Part shown: positions 9,757-17,908 of the stretch, piece after piece
Numbering within the stretch: the stretch's first letter is position 1
Layout of the letters: each line of letters begins with the position of its first letter
Assembly: GCA_043807015.1 (NCBI GenBank)
Contig: JAZDGJ010000028.1
Span: 1,537-65,536, forward strand
DNA length: 64,000 nt
Source: Candidatus Woesearchaeota archaeon
GTDB taxonomy: Archaea > Nanobdellota > Nanobdellia > Woesearchaeales > UBA10216
Direction of reading: 5' to 3'
The notes under the pieces: generated by a model
The model's input: the letters and a program-made list of their open reading frames with translations, nothing else
Databases searched by the model: none
Told to the model about the DNA's origin: nothing
Made by a program: the position numbers and the translations under genes

Positions 9757-10002
9757 ATGGGTGATGCGCGCTGTTTATAAAATACGTGTATATTTAAAGG
9801 TTATCTTTAAAAATGTATTTTTGAGAACAACAATTCTCCGTCCATATATATTATTTTCAATATTGAAAATATAAATAAAATAAAATAAACACCCACACAC
9901 CCCAAAAAACACAACAGCTATCTCCATGAGAAACAGGGGGGTAGGTCTTTCTGAGTTTGCGTGTCGCCACTGGGGAATAACAAAAAACAAAAGCTTTAAA
10001 TA
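9737..10002. promoter_or_regulatory. oriC: predicted replication origin (oriC): AT-rich unwinding region flanked by inverted ORB-like G-string boxes, adjacent to orc1-polD operon
   Basis: Positions 9790-9885 are very AT-rich. Flanking boxes are gttccaaaggaaacaggggtgtggggg (minus orientation, 9728-9756) and ctccatgagaaacaggggggtagg (plus, 9921-9945). They share GAAACAGGGG in inverted orientation, resembling archaeal ORB / mini-ORB. Confidence 0.5.
9921..9945 (+). repeat. ORB-like box 2, inverted relative to box 1
   Basis: tctccatgagaaacaggggggtagg. An upstream cacccacacacccc (9890-9903) mirrors the cacccccacacccc at 9728-9741. Confidence 0.45.
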
Positions 10003-10026
10003 TTGAATCGGGTTATCTTATCAACC

Positions 10027-10821
10027 ATGTTACTACAAAACGAATCACTACATCAATTAAAAGACTTCGGTCTTAACAGCTACGAGTCAAAACTCTGGCT
10101 AGCCCTCCTTTCCAGAGGCGCTGCAACCGCCGGCGAACTTTCTGATATAGCGAATGTCCCCAGGTCGAGGAGCTATGATGTTCTTGAGAGCCTTGAGAAA
10201 AAAGGATTCATAATGGTCAAGATAGGCAAGCCGATAAGATATATGGCAGTCCAGCCTGAGCACGTTATTGAGAGAGTTAAGAAGCGGATTGCAGAAGAGG
10301 CTGATGAGCGCATTGGTGTAATCTCTAAAATACAGGAAAGCGCCCTGTTGGATGAGCTGAATCTGCTCCACAATTCAGGAGCGAAGACCATAGATCCGTT
10401 GGAGCTGTCAGGCACGATAAAAGGCAGAAAGAATATCTATTCCCGCCTTGACATCGCCGCCAAACAGGCAGAAAAGGAGATAATCATTTCCACAACCGCC
10501 GACGGGCTGAAGAGAAAAAGTGATATTTTTAAGAACACTTTCAGGAAGGCAAAAAGCCACGGTGTTAAGATAAAAATTATTGCGCCAACAGAAGACCTCA
10601 ATTCCTACGGAGAGCTCGCCTCTGTTGCCGAGATCCGCAGCTCGCCGATAGAGGGAAGATACTGGATTATTGACGGCGAGCAGGTGTTTTTCATGCTTTC
10701 CAAAGACGTGCCAAACCAGGCGTATGATTCAGCAATTTGGGTGACATCCCCCTTCTTTGTTTCCTCTTTCAAAGCGCTGTTTGACAGGGCCTGGGGAAGC
10801 CTCAAACAGGCAAAAGCATAA
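10027..10821 (+). CDS. TrmB-family transcriptional regulator, TrmBL2-like size (264 aa), copy 1
   Basis: N-terminal HTH YESKLWLALLSRGAATAGELSDIANVPRSRSYDVLESLEKKGF. TATA gctttaaatatt at about -25 of ATG 10027. The ORF-track start 10003 is a TTG. Confidence 0.75.
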   Translation: MLLQNESLHQLKDFGLNSYESKLWLALLSRGAATAGELSDIANVPRSRSYDVLESLEKKGFIMVKIGKPIRYMAVQPEHVIERVKKRIAEEADERIGVISKIQESALLDELNLLHNSGAKTIDPLELSGTIKGRKNIYSRLDIAAKQAEKEIIISTTADGLKRKSDIFKNTFRKAKSHGVKIKIIAPTEDLNSYGELASVAEIRSSPIEGRYWIIDGEQVFFMLSKDVPNQAYDSAIWVTSPFFVSSFKALFDRAWGSLKQAKA

Positions 10822-10887
10822 GCAAAAACACAAAGCTTTTTAAACTACTATTTGTATAATCCCATAAAACTAAGAGAGGTGAATTAC

Positions 10888-11112
10888 ATGCCGGCGGATC
10901 TTCAAGTTATTACGTTGTCTGTGATAATAGGCACTCTTGCAGCGATAGTGTATTCGCTCAGGATACTGGTTCTTATGGAGCGCAGGATTGCAAGGATGGA
11001 TGAGAATCTCGTTGCAATCACCAAGCGTGTTGCTATAGAGGAAGTGAAGATTGAGAGGGAAGAGCAGAAGATTGAGAATATTTTTGGAAAAAGGAAGGGA
11101 AAAAGGCGCTAA
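10888..11112 (+). CDS. small single-pass membrane protein with charged coiled C-tail
   Basis: ATG 10888 preceded by gagaggtg SD-like and TATA ctttttaaac. One TM (ITLSVIIGTLAAIVYSL). Confidence 0.35.
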   Translation: MPADLQVITLSVIIGTLAAIVYSLRILVLMERRIARMDENLVAITKRVAIEEVKIEREEQKIENIFGKRKGKRR

Positions 11113-11606
11113 GCCTTTTCTTTTATCTTTTTTAATTCATTTTCAAGCAACTTAATTTTATCTCTATTATCCTCTTCGCAGAGGATTTCGCCGCATTCCG
11201 GGCATCTGAATTCAAATTCAAACGCTTTTTCAAAATCAAGCCTGACGCACTTGCGCTGGCACTGTAAATAGCCGCTGGCCCGCTCCCTCTTCAAGCGCTC
11301 TGATATCAGGTCTTCTTTCTGTGTTTTAAGCATTTTGGCAAGGTGCGGCGCATTTTCAGGTGAGAGCGTCCAGTAGTATATGTACCACCCTTTTTTCTTA
11401 TCTTTTTTCCTGATGAATGAAGCGAGATTAAGGCTGTAAAGCTTGTAAAGGGAATTCCTCGTGGCGTTCACATCCCTGTTTATCTTGTCGGCCAGCTTGA
11501 ACTCAGAAAAATTTTTCCTGCCTTTCATAGCCTTGACTACGGGCAGAATGTCTTCCCCCAGCTCTTCCACGACTACTGCCTCTAGCAAATCCAGGTTTTT
11601 TTCCAT
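11109..11606 (-). CDS. tfe: transcription factor E (TFE / TFIIE-alpha homolog), copy 1
   Basis: Winged helix (SEFKLADKINRDVNATRNSLYKLY) plus zinc ribbon (CPECGEILCEED). Confidence 0.75.
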   Translation of the reverse strand: MEKNLDLLEAVVVEELGEDILPVVKAMKGRKNFSEFKLADKINRDVNATRNSLYKLYSLNLASFIRKKDKKKGWYIYYWTLSPENAPHLAKMLKTQKEDLISERLKRERASGYLQCQRKCVRLDFEKAFEFEFRCPECGEILCEEDNRDKIKLLENELKKIKEKA

Positions 11607-11614
11607 ACAGCGCC

Positions 11615-12007
11615 TTATACTTCCTGCAGAAGCTCCTCAAACAGCAATCCCCTGTTTTTTGCAAATTCCAGATTTATGCTGAAGCCCTTTTCTGTTTTGT
11701 TCAGGTCTTCTGGGTTTATGAAAAACCACTTTTCGTTGTTGAACTTAATCGCAACCCAAGGCTCTGCGCCAAATACCGAGGAAAATGCCTTCAAGTCCTC
11801 AAGGTCATCTTGCTGGAAGTACTTTGATTTTGCCTTTGACGTTTTGCACTCTATTGCGAGAACCCTTACTTTGTTGCCGGCTATCAAGTCAGGGCTTGGG
11901 AGCCTCATTGAGCCCGATGCCGGGGTTCTTAATGCCGCCCATCCTTTCTCCCAAAACATGTGGAGCAGGTCCCTTTCTGCGTTAATGCCTTTTGACTTCC
12001 GGTTCAT
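11615..12007 (-). CDS. hjc: Holliday junction resolvase Hjc
   Basis: KGINAERDL...PDLIAG...IECK: PD-(D/E)xK catalytic motifs of archaeal Hjc. Confidence 0.8.
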   Translation of the reverse strand: MNRKSKGINAERDLLHMFWEKGWAALRTPASGSMRLPSPDLIAGNKVRVLAIECKTSKAKSKYFQQDDLEDLKAFSSVFGAEPWVAIKFNNEKWFFINPEDLNKTEKGFSINLEFAKNRGLLFEELLQEV

Positions 12008-12086
12008 ATGTTTTTAGCACCTCAGATATAATATAAACTTTGTGATGTCATAAACCTTAAATAAGCAGCTTCTTTGCTCCCTGACT

Positions 12087-12302
12087 ATGATCAAACGCGG
12101 CATACCCCTTGCGGCAGTTGAAAGGATTATCAAGCAGGCAGATCCTGAAATAAGAATTGCAGACTCTGCAAAGGAGGAAATCAAGGAAGAGCTTGAAAAA
12201 ACTGCCTCTGCCATCGCCGGCAAATCATGGAAGCTGGCTGAGCATGCCAAAAGGCGCACAGTCAAGGAAGAGGATGTTGCATTATCTTCAGAGCAGAGCT
12301 AG
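12087..12302 (+). CDS. archaeal histone (HMf-like histone fold)
   Basis: Histone-fold protein of 71 aa. LPLAAVERIIKQA...IADSAKEEI...LAEHAKRRTVKEEDVALS parallels HMfB. Confidence 0.8.
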   Translation: MIKRGIPLAAVERIIKQADPEIRIADSAKEEIKEELEKTASAIAGKSWKLAEHAKRRTVKEEDVALSSEQS

Positions 12303-13189
12303 ACGCTTATTCTCATAAAATCTTTTGCGCAGAGCGTATTATCAAATATGTTCCGAGCATCTTCGCCCAGCTGGTCCAGATTCTTGTATCTTGCGGAGAA
12401 ATGCGTTAGAATCAGCTGCTTTGCATCTGCGTCATTAGCTATCATTGCCGCATGCTTTGCCGTAAGGTGCTTGTACTCATTTGCCTTCTCTTCCAGATCA
12501 TCAGCATATGTGGCTTCGCAAACCAGTATATCTGCATCTTTCGCCAGCTTCACGCAGTTGCTGTTTAGAGATGTGTCCTCAACAAAAGCCACAATTTTGC
12601 CTTTTTTAATTGTGGTTACATCATCAGCAGCTATTTTTTTCCCTTTCAAAGTTATTGCTTTGCCAGCCTGCAGCTCGCCAAGCAGCGGTCCTGTTGGGAT
12701 TCCAAACTTTTTCACTACATCCATATCCATCTTCCTTTTGTCTTTCTCAACAAACCTGAAGCCTATGCAAGGCACAGAATGGTCAAGAGGCAAGCATTCA
12801 ATGTAAAAATCAGCATTATCCACAAAAACCCCCTTTTCAACCTCAGTTATTTCCGCCTCAAATCGCTCCTCAAAGAAAAACGCCTTTTTTATGTATTCAA
12901 AATGCTTTTTCGTTCCAACTGGTCCGTAAATTTCAAGCTTCTTTGAGTATTCAGATGCGCTCAGTGTCTGTATCAAGCCGGGCAAGCCCAAAACATGGTC
13001 GCCATGCCAGTGGCTGATCAGTATCTTTGTCACCTTTGGCATGGCAATTCCCGCAATCTTCATCTGCCTCTGCGTTCCTTCACCGCAGTCAATCAGTATG
13101 TTTTCAGCCCCATAAGTAAGCAAAAGCGCGCTGTGGTTCCGTTCCTTTGTTGGCACCATTGAGCTTGTGCCCAAAAACAGCAATTCCAT
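12299..13189 (-). CDS. rnz: ribonuclease Z (tRNA 3' endonuclease, metallo-beta-lactamase fold)
   Basis: HWHGDHVLGLPGL motif. ATG at 13189 (MELLFLGTSSMVPT). The upstream Arg-rich ORF-track extension is a GC-rich structured non-coding region. Confidence 0.8.
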   Translation of the reverse strand: MELLFLGTSSMVPTKERNHSALLLTYGAENILIDCGEGTQRQMKIAGIAMPKVTKILISHWHGDHVLGLPGLIQTLSASEYSKKLEIYGPVGTKKHFEYIKKAFFFEERFEAEITEVEKGVFVDNADFYIECLPLDHSVPCIGFRFVEKDKRKMDMDVVKKFGIPTGPLLGELQAGKAITLKGKKIAADDVTTIKKGKIVAFVEDTSLNSNCVKLAKDADILVCEATYADDLEEKANEYKHLTAKHAAMIANDADAKQLILTHFSARYKNLDQLGEDARNIFDNTLCAKDFMRISV

Positions 13190-13360
13190 AAGAAAAAGCA
13201 CTCTCGCAGCGTATTTAATACTTGCGGTGCGTAAGCGGTTAACCTGCAGTATTCGTCGTCGTGGTCCGTGGGGCTTCGCGAAGCGAATGCCCACTTGAAC
13301 GCGCAGACAGAGCGTCTGTCATAGCAAAGCTTTTAAACAACTCTCCACGACTTTGAAGGC

Positions 13361-13894
13361 ATGGGAAAGGAACATTTCAACGCCTATTTTTCAGAAGGAA
13401 TTGTCCTCTCTGAGAATTCAGATGCTGCCCGCGAGTTGTATGAAAAGAGCAGGTATGGTGCCATTAACAAGGAAAACCGGATAGAGCTTTCTCCTATTGA
13501 AACTCTTTACCTCATTGACAAGGGTTGGCTTAGCCTCTATGACGGGAGGAACAAACCCATAGCCCGGGATAAATTCCTGAAGAAGGCGGCAAAGCTTGAG
13601 CCAAAGATTATGGTAAAGTATGCCGTCTTCCGGGACATCCGTGACAGGGGCTACATCATAAAAACAGCGCTCAAGTTCGGCGCAGATTTCCGAATCTATG
13701 ACCGTGGCGTGAAGCCCGGCGAAGACCATGCAAAGTGGATTGTTTACCCTGTTAAGGAGGGCGAGCACCTTACCTGGCATGAGTTTGCTGCCAAGAACAG
13801 GGTTGCGCACTCAACCAAGAAGAGGCTCCTTATCGGCGTTGTCGATGATGAAGGTGATGTCAGCTATTGGGAAGTAAGGTGGATGAGGCCGTAG
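13361..13894 (+). CDS. endA: tRNA-splicing endonuclease EndA
   Basis: C-terminal catalytic domain LKFGADFRIYDRGVKPGEDHAKWIVYPV (catalytic Y/H/K triad region). Confidence 0.8.
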   Translation: MGKEHFNAYFSEGIVLSENSDAARELYEKSRYGAINKENRIELSPIETLYLIDKGWLSLYDGRNKPIARDKFLKKAAKLEPKIMVKYAVFRDIRDRGYIIKTALKFGADFRIYDRGVKPGEDHAKWIVYPVKEGEHLTWHEFAAKNRVAHSTKKRLLIGVVDDEGDVSYWEVRWMRP

Positions 13895-13930
13895 CACAAA
13901 ATATATAAAATTTCTTGAAATCGTGTTCTC

Positions 13931-14800
13931 ATGGAAAAAACAGAACAGGCTCTTGCCATAGTGAGGCAGCGTGGCCCAATAATCCCTTCCCAGATAGCCT
14001 CGGAAATAAAGACAGATATCCTTCTTGCTTCAGCAATACTCTCTGACTTATCATCTAGCGGAAAAATCAAGATTTCTTCGCTGAAAATGGGCGGGTCGCC
14101 CTTCTATTATTGTGAGGGGCAGGAAGAGCTTCTGCAGAATTATCTCAAGTATCTGAATCCCAAGCAGATGGAGGCTTTCAACCTGCTGAAAGCGAGCCAG
14201 ATTCTCAGGGATAAGGAGCTTACGCCTGTGCTTAGAGTTGCCTTGCGCGAAATTAAGGATTTTGCAAAGCAGCTGGAAGTTTCCCTTGACGGCTCAAAGG
14301 AAGTATTCTGGAAATGGTATCTTCTTGGAAAGGACGCGGCTGAATCCATCATAAAGCAAAAGCTCGGCGTTGCAGAGAAAAAAGAGGCAGAGAAGACGGA
14401 AATCCAGATGCCCCTGCCCGAAGCATTGCAGCAGCCTGTAGAGGCGCCGGTTCCGGCGAAGCCTGTAAAAAAAGAAGCCACGCCATCAGTTCCGTCAGGG
14501 GCATTCTTTGAAGAGATATTGAAGTTCTTTGGCGCCAACAGCATCCAAATTCTTGAGCAGAACGCAGTCAAAAAGTCAGAATTTGAGTTCACAATAAAAT
14601 TCCAGACGCCCCTCGGCGAAATGAAGTATTACTGCGCTGCCAAGAGCAAAAAGCGCGTGGATGCAGACGACCTTAGCTCAGCCTTTGCTCGCGGTCAGAT
14701 GAAAAACCTCCCTGTGCTTTTCCTGACACAAGGGGCACTTTCCAAAGACGCAGAAGCGATTGTTGCCAAAGGGCTCAACATAACTGTGAAAAAGATCTGA
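13931..14800 (+). CDS. hypothetical two-domain protein: N-terminal winged-helix, Pro/Ala/Lys linker, C-terminal Mrr-type restriction-endonuclease-fold domain
   Basis: wHTH-like N-terminus (ALAIVRQRGPIIPSQIASEI...SGKIKISS). C-terminus YYCAAKSKKRVD...PVLFLTQGALSKDAEAIVAKGLNI resembles Mrr_cat (QxK ... GifiTTs.F...A...A...I.LIDG). Confidence 0.5.
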   Translation: MEKTEQALAIVRQRGPIIPSQIASEIKTDILLASAILSDLSSSGKIKISSLKMGGSPFYYCEGQEELLQNYLKYLNPKQMEAFNLLKASQILRDKELTPVLRVALREIKDFAKQLEVSLDGSKEVFWKWYLLGKDAAESIIKQKLGVAEKKEAEKTEIQMPLPEALQQPVEAPVPAKPVKKEATPSVPSGAFFEEILKFFGANSIQILEQNAVKKSEFEFTIKFQTPLGEMKYYCAAKSKKRVDADDLSSAFARGQMKNLPVLFLTQGALSKDAEAIVAKGLNITVKKI

Positions 14801-14801
14801 C

Positions 14802-15821
14802 ATGGGAGTAAAGCTTACAGACCTGATGCCGAGGCACGAGATAAAGCCAGAGACGCTGGCAGGAAAAGCGGTTGCAATAGACGCCTCAAACCACCTTTAC
14901 CAGTTCCTTACAACAATACGCGCACCAGACGGCGCACTTTTTACAGATAAAGAAGGAAATGTAACTTCTCACCTTATCGGGCTCTTCTCGAGGACAGCCT
15001 ACCTTCTCCAGCTCAAGATAACGCCAATCTATGTTTTTGACGGCAAGCCCCCTGAGCTTAAAGGCAAAACCACAGAAGAGCGGAGGAAGCTGAAGCAGGA
15101 GGCAATAGCCAAATATGAGGCTGCTGTTGAAAAGCAGGATATTGAAGGAATGAGAAAATACGCTGCAAGAAGCCAGCGCCTGACTCAGGCAATGGTTGAG
15201 GATGCAAAAAGGCTCCTAAGCGTTCTTGGCGTCCCTTTCATCCAGGCGCCATCAGAAGGGGAGGCGCAGGCTGCAAGAATTGTCAAAGACGGTAACGCTT
15301 ACGCGGTTGCATCGCAGGATGCGGACTCGCTTGTTTTCGGCGCAGAGCGCCTTATAAGAAATCTCTCTGTCACCGGAAGAAGACAGGCAAAGGGCGTAGC
15401 ACGGGAGATCATGCCCCCTGAAATCATTTACCTCAAGGAGATGCTCTCACAAAATGGAATAACGCAGGAGCAGCTTGTGGCCCTTTCAATTCTCGTAGGC
15501 ACAGACTACAATCCAGGAGGCATAAAGGGCATAGGTCCTGCAAAAGGGCTTAAGCTCGTAAAAGAAAGGGCTGATTATGATAAGCTGTTTGAGGAACTCA
15601 AATGGGGGTTTGATTTTTCCTGGCGCGATGTTTATGATGCCATAGCCAAGATGCCTACAGTTCAGACAGCGCCGTTCTTCCTCAAGCCGTTCAAGAAGCA
15701 GGATGCAGTCGATTTCCTCTGCGGGGAAAAAGGATTCTCAGAAAACAGGATAGAAAGCACCCTTGACAAGTTAAGCAAGTCCTCTGATGCATCGCAAAGG
15801 CCGCTTGGAAGCTTCATATAA
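14802..15821 (+). CDS. fen: flap endonuclease 1 (FEN-1)
   Basis: MGVKLTDL...AIDASNHLYQFL N-domain, I-domain GIKGIGPAKGLKL (H3TH). Confidence 0.9.
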   Translation: MGVKLTDLMPRHEIKPETLAGKAVAIDASNHLYQFLTTIRAPDGALFTDKEGNVTSHLIGLFSRTAYLLQLKITPIYVFDGKPPELKGKTTEERRKLKQEAIAKYEAAVEKQDIEGMRKYAARSQRLTQAMVEDAKRLLSVLGVPFIQAPSEGEAQAARIVKDGNAYAVASQDADSLVFGAERLIRNLSVTGRRQAKGVAREIMPPEIIYLKEMLSQNGITQEQLVALSILVGTDYNPGGIKGIGPAKGLKLVKERADYDKLFEELKWGFDFSWRDVYDAIAKMPTVQTAPFFLKPFKKQDAVDFLCGEKGFSENRIESTLDKLSKSSDASQRPLGSFI

Positions 15822-15822
15822 A

Positions 15823-16653
15823 ATGGAAAAAAAGACAGTCAAGCATTTCCTGAAAAGCTCGCTATCTGAGCAAGAGCTTTCTTCCATCAGGCGGGCTTTT
15901 GATATAATCGGCGATATCGCAGTTACAGAAATTCCAAGAGGCATGGAAAAGAAGGCAAAGCTTGTAGCCCGGGCAATCCTCAGCATGAACACTCACATCA
16001 AGACAGTTGTCAGGAAAAAAGGCGGGCACACAGGCGTTCTGAGGCTGCAGAAATTCATGCACCTTACCGGCGAAAAGAAAAAGGAAACGGTTGCCGTTGA
16101 AAACGGCGTGAGGCTGAAGCTCAGCATTGAGAAGGCATACTACTCTCCAAGGATGTCGTCTGAGCGCAAAAGAATTTACCCCCAGGTAAAGCCCGGTGAG
16201 GAAGTTCTTGTTATGTTCTCAGGCATCGGCCCCTATCCTATTGAAATTGCAAAGCACACAGAGGCAAAATCAGTCTATGCCATAGAGCTCAATAAAGAGG
16301 CGCACAGGTTCGCGCTTGAGAACAACAGGCTGAACAAAACATCCGTCAATTTTTACTGCGGCGACGTCAAAAAAATCATGCCCAAGCTCAACAAAAAGTT
16401 TGACAGGATAGCAATGCCGTTGCCAAAAGGCGCAGAAAGCTATCTCCCTCTGGCGCTGAAGTACATACAGAAAGGTGGCGTTATCCATTTCTACGATTTT
16501 CTGGAAGAAAAAAGCATTCCCGTCGTTGCTACTGATAAAGTTAAAGTCGCGTGCAAGAAAAGCGGCTTAAAATGCAAAATCATTTCTGTTGTGAAATGCG
16601 GGCAGCTTGCACCCAGGGCTTACAGGGTGTGCGTTGATTTCAAAGTTCTTTAG
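15823..16653 (+). CDS. trm5: tRNA (guanine37-N1)-methyltransferase Trm5 / Taw2 (Met-10+ like) family
   Basis: Class I SAM MTase core VLVMFSGIGPYPIEIA ... ELNKEAHRFALENNRLNK ... CGDVKKI. ATG 15823 lies 1 nt after the fen stop. Confidence 0.7.
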   Translation: MEKKTVKHFLKSSLSEQELSSIRRAFDIIGDIAVTEIPRGMEKKAKLVARAILSMNTHIKTVVRKKGGHTGVLRLQKFMHLTGEKKKETVAVENGVRLKLSIEKAYYSPRMSSERKRIYPQVKPGEEVLVMFSGIGPYPIEIAKHTEAKSVYAIELNKEAHRFALENNRLNKTSVNFYCGDVKKIMPKLNKKFDRIAMPLPKGAESYLPLALKYIQKGGVIHFYDFLEEKSIPVVATDKVKVACKKSGLKCKIISVVKCGQLAPRAYRVCVDFKVL

Positions 16654-16762
16654 AAAATTGCGCGCTCACAAGTTACTCCCTTCTTCATCCTTGCGTCAGC
16701 GGGTGTTCTCTCGTTCATTGCGCGCAGTAGAGACAATCCAACCGAGTATTTAAGAATAGCGC

Positions 16763-17908
16763 TCAGCCAAACATTGTGACGTATTCCTTGCCTTCCTGCT
16801 CTTCCTTTTGCCTGACTTTTTCCTCAGCAAGCAGGAAATCAGAAGTCTTGACATAGGTCCTGTTTGACCGTATTGCAAAATATCCAGCTTCAGTGCAGAC
16901 GGCTTTGATTTCTGCGCCGGTGAAGCCTTCTGTTTTTCCCACAATCTTGTCAACATCAACATTTTCCAGGCTCATGTTCCTTGTGTGGATTGCAAATATC
17001 TCCTTTCTCCCTTCTTTTGTCGGCGCCGGAACAAAAATCATCCTCTCAAGCCTTCCGGGTCTGATGACTGCGGAATCAAGAATATCTTTCCTGTTTGTGC
17101 AGCCAATTACTTTGACGTTGCCCAATGGATGGAACCCGTCAAGCTCTGAAAGCAGCTGCATGAACGTTCTTTGGACTTCCCTTTCCCCAGAAGTGCCGAT
17201 GTCAACCCTTTTGGCTGCAAGCGCATCAAGCTCGTCTATGAAAACTATGCTTGGCGCCTTTTCCCTTGCAAGCTGGAATACCTCTTTGACAAGCTTTGCG
17301 CCCTCGCCAATGAACTTCTGGACAAGTTCAGAGCCGACAACCTGTATAAACGTGGCATTTGTTGATGTCGCAACTGCTTTCGCCAGCAGAGTCTTTCCTG
17401 TTCCAGGCGCGCCATAAAGAAGTATACCCTTTGGCGGCTCTATCCCGACTTTCTGGAAAAGCTCAGGCCTTTTCAATGGCAACTCAACAACTTCCCTTAT
17501 TTCATTTATCTGCTCCTCCATGCCGCCAACATCTTTCCATTGCACATTCGGTCTTTCCACAATCACAAACTTCTCAACATTGAAGCCCTTTGGTGAGCCG
17601 ACCTTCTTGAGGACTGTAAGGCTTTTCTGCTCCACCAGGACTGTGTCCCCTGGCGAGAGTTTTTTGCATTCCTTTGAAATTCCAACGAGAAACTGGTTGC
17701 CATTCGGTATCTTTATTATGGCGCTTTCCTTGAAAACCGCCTTGATTTCGCACACCATCAACGGCAGGAGCTTAAACCGGTCTATTTCCTCCTTCAAGTG
17801 CGCGATTGTTTCCCTTAGAAGCGCGTTTTCCTCTTCAAGGTGACTCCTCTCAGAGGTGTAGCCAAAGACAACATCACCCATTTTGTTTTCCGTTTTGATA
17901 TTAATCAC
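16763..17908 (-). CDS. pan: proteasome-activating nucleotidase PAN (AAA+ ATPase)
   Basis: N-terminal coiled coil, OB domain, GILLYGAPGTGKTLLAKAVA Walker A, DELDA Walker B. Confidence 0.85.
   Translation of the reverse strand: MINIKTENKMGDVVFGYTSERSHLEEENALLRETIAHLKEEIDRFKLLPLMVCEIKAVFKESAIIKIPNGNQFLVGISKECKKLSPGDTVLVEQKSLTVLKKVGSPKGFNVEKFVIVERPNVQWKDVGGMEEQINEIREVVELPLKRPELFQKVGIEPPKGILLYGAPGTGKTLLAKAVATSTNATFIQVVGSELVQKFIGEGAKLVKEVFQLAREKAPSIVFIDELDALAAKRVDIGTSGEREVQRTFMQLLSELDGFHPLGNVKVIGCTNRKDILDSAVIRPGRLERMIFVPAPTKEGRKEIFAIHTRNMSLENVDVDKIVGKTEGFTGAEIKAVCTEAGYFAIRSNRTYVKTSDFLLAEEKVRQKEEQEGKEYVTMFG

Noticed and set aside
9775-9990. ORF of 71 aa (minus) inside the AT-rich orc1-proximal intergenic region
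   Set aside because: Low-complexity translation of the AT-rich unwinding element. Lies inside the predicted oriC between ORB-like boxes.
12014-12265. Minus-strand 83-aa ORF overlapping the histone gene
   Set aside because: The plus-strand product is a clear histone-fold protein. The antisense ORF has no features.
12299-13294. Long form of RNase Z starting MGIRFAKPHGPRRR (ORF-track start 13294)
   Set aside because: The extension is Arg-rich read-through of a GC-rich palindromic non-coding segment. The conserved RNase Z N-terminus (MELLFLGTSS) begins at ATG 13189.
13200-13330. Possible tRNA or C/D-box sRNA in the GC-rich rnz/endA spacer
   Set aside because: No acceptable T-loop (GTTCRANYC with pairing G53-C61) and no C (RUGAUGA) or D (CUGA) boxes on either strand. 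Kept only as a generic structured-element finding.
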